Part shown: positions 53,820 through 53,960 of the stretch, piece after piece
How positions within the stretch are numbered: the first letter of the stretch is position 1
Layout: each line of letters begins with the position of its first letter
From: Chlorobiota bacterium
Lineage (GTDB): Bacteria; Bacteroidota; Ignavibacteria; Kapaibacteriales; UBA2268
Reading direction: 5' to 3'
Assembly (NCBI GenBank): GCA_041595255.1
Contig: JBFHKR010000002.1
Location: 1 to 53,960, forward strand
DNA: 53,960 nt
Translations under genes and position numbers: made by a program
Notes under the pieces: generated by a model
Told to the model about the DNA's origin: nothing
Databases searched by the model: none
The model's input: only the letters and a program-made list of their open reading frames with translations

Positions 53820-53960
53820 TTACCTTGATATTGTAAACTTTTCAGCATCACGGAAGTTTGGACCTTGTAGAATACACAAGTAAAACCCATTTGGAAGATT
53901 AGAAGCAACGAATGGATACTCAACATCTTTTATAGCAGTTCCACTATAAACTTCCTCAAC
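53820..53960 (-). CDS. 3' end (46 codons + stop) of a T9SS cargo protein; the rest lies beyond the window
   Basis: My reverse-strand translation reads 'VEEVYSGTAIKDVEYPFVASNLPNGFYLCILQGPNFRDAEKFTISR*'. It has the T9SS CTD end pattern (L..G.Y...h......K..h). The stop is at 53820-53822. This ORF is not in the supplied track because it is truncated. Confidence 0.65.
   Translation of the reverse strand, partial: VEEVYSGTAIKDVEYPFVASNLPNGFYLCILQGPNFRDAEKFTISR

Noticed and set aside
1-53960. Search for CRISPR arrays, tRNA/rRNA genes, transposases, integrases and phage or defence gene sets
   Set aside because: No intergenic gap exceeds about 200 bp. I saw no regularly spaced direct repeats. No ORF has recombinase, transposase or nuclease-helicase signatures. 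The window looks like core chromosome.

Overview
This is an AT-rich, densely coding chromosomal segment with about 37 complete CDS plus a truncated CDS at each edge. All calls rest on motif recognition in the supplied translations; no searches were run.

I see no rRNA, tRNA, CRISPR array, transposase, integrase or phage genes. No intergenic gap exceeds about 200 bp.

The content is a mosaic of two kinds of gene:
- **Housekeeping genes:** ptsI-ptsH-tsaC, photolyase, parA-parB-ybgC-like, an ABC-F ATPase, cdaA-miaA-dacB, argD-like, ruvA, nuoG-nuoH-nuoI, a Lon-like protease and rpe.
- **Predicted type IX secretion (T9SS) cargo:** seven ORFs end in the same roughly 80-aa C-terminal sorting domain. 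They are a CotH/LTD protein, two vWA giants (1213 and 1644 aa), a DUF1501 enzyme, two tandem BNR/Asp-box propeller proteins and the partial ORF at the right edge.

Two PorV/PorQ-like outer-membrane barrels are also present. T9SS signatures combined with AAGGAG-type Shine-Dalgarno sites suggest a non-Bacteroidia member of the FCB group (Ignavibacteriota-like). This is inference only.

I found no recognisable defence, mobile or RNA-based system. The best candidates for undescribed biology are:
1. A translationally coupled DUF1800-DUF1501 pair whose DUF1501 member combines a twin-arginine signal with a T9SS sorting domain.
2. Envelope cassettes built around two paralogous vWA giants: OmpA-vWA, and vWA/beta-propeller with an ACE-like M2 peptidase.
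3. A T9SS cargo gene followed 3 nt later by a PorV-like barrel.
4. A LonC-like protease with degenerate Walker motifs packed into a nuoGHI-lon-rpe unit.
5. A catalytically degenerate HisA/HisF-like ORF coupled to ruvA where ruvB is usually found.
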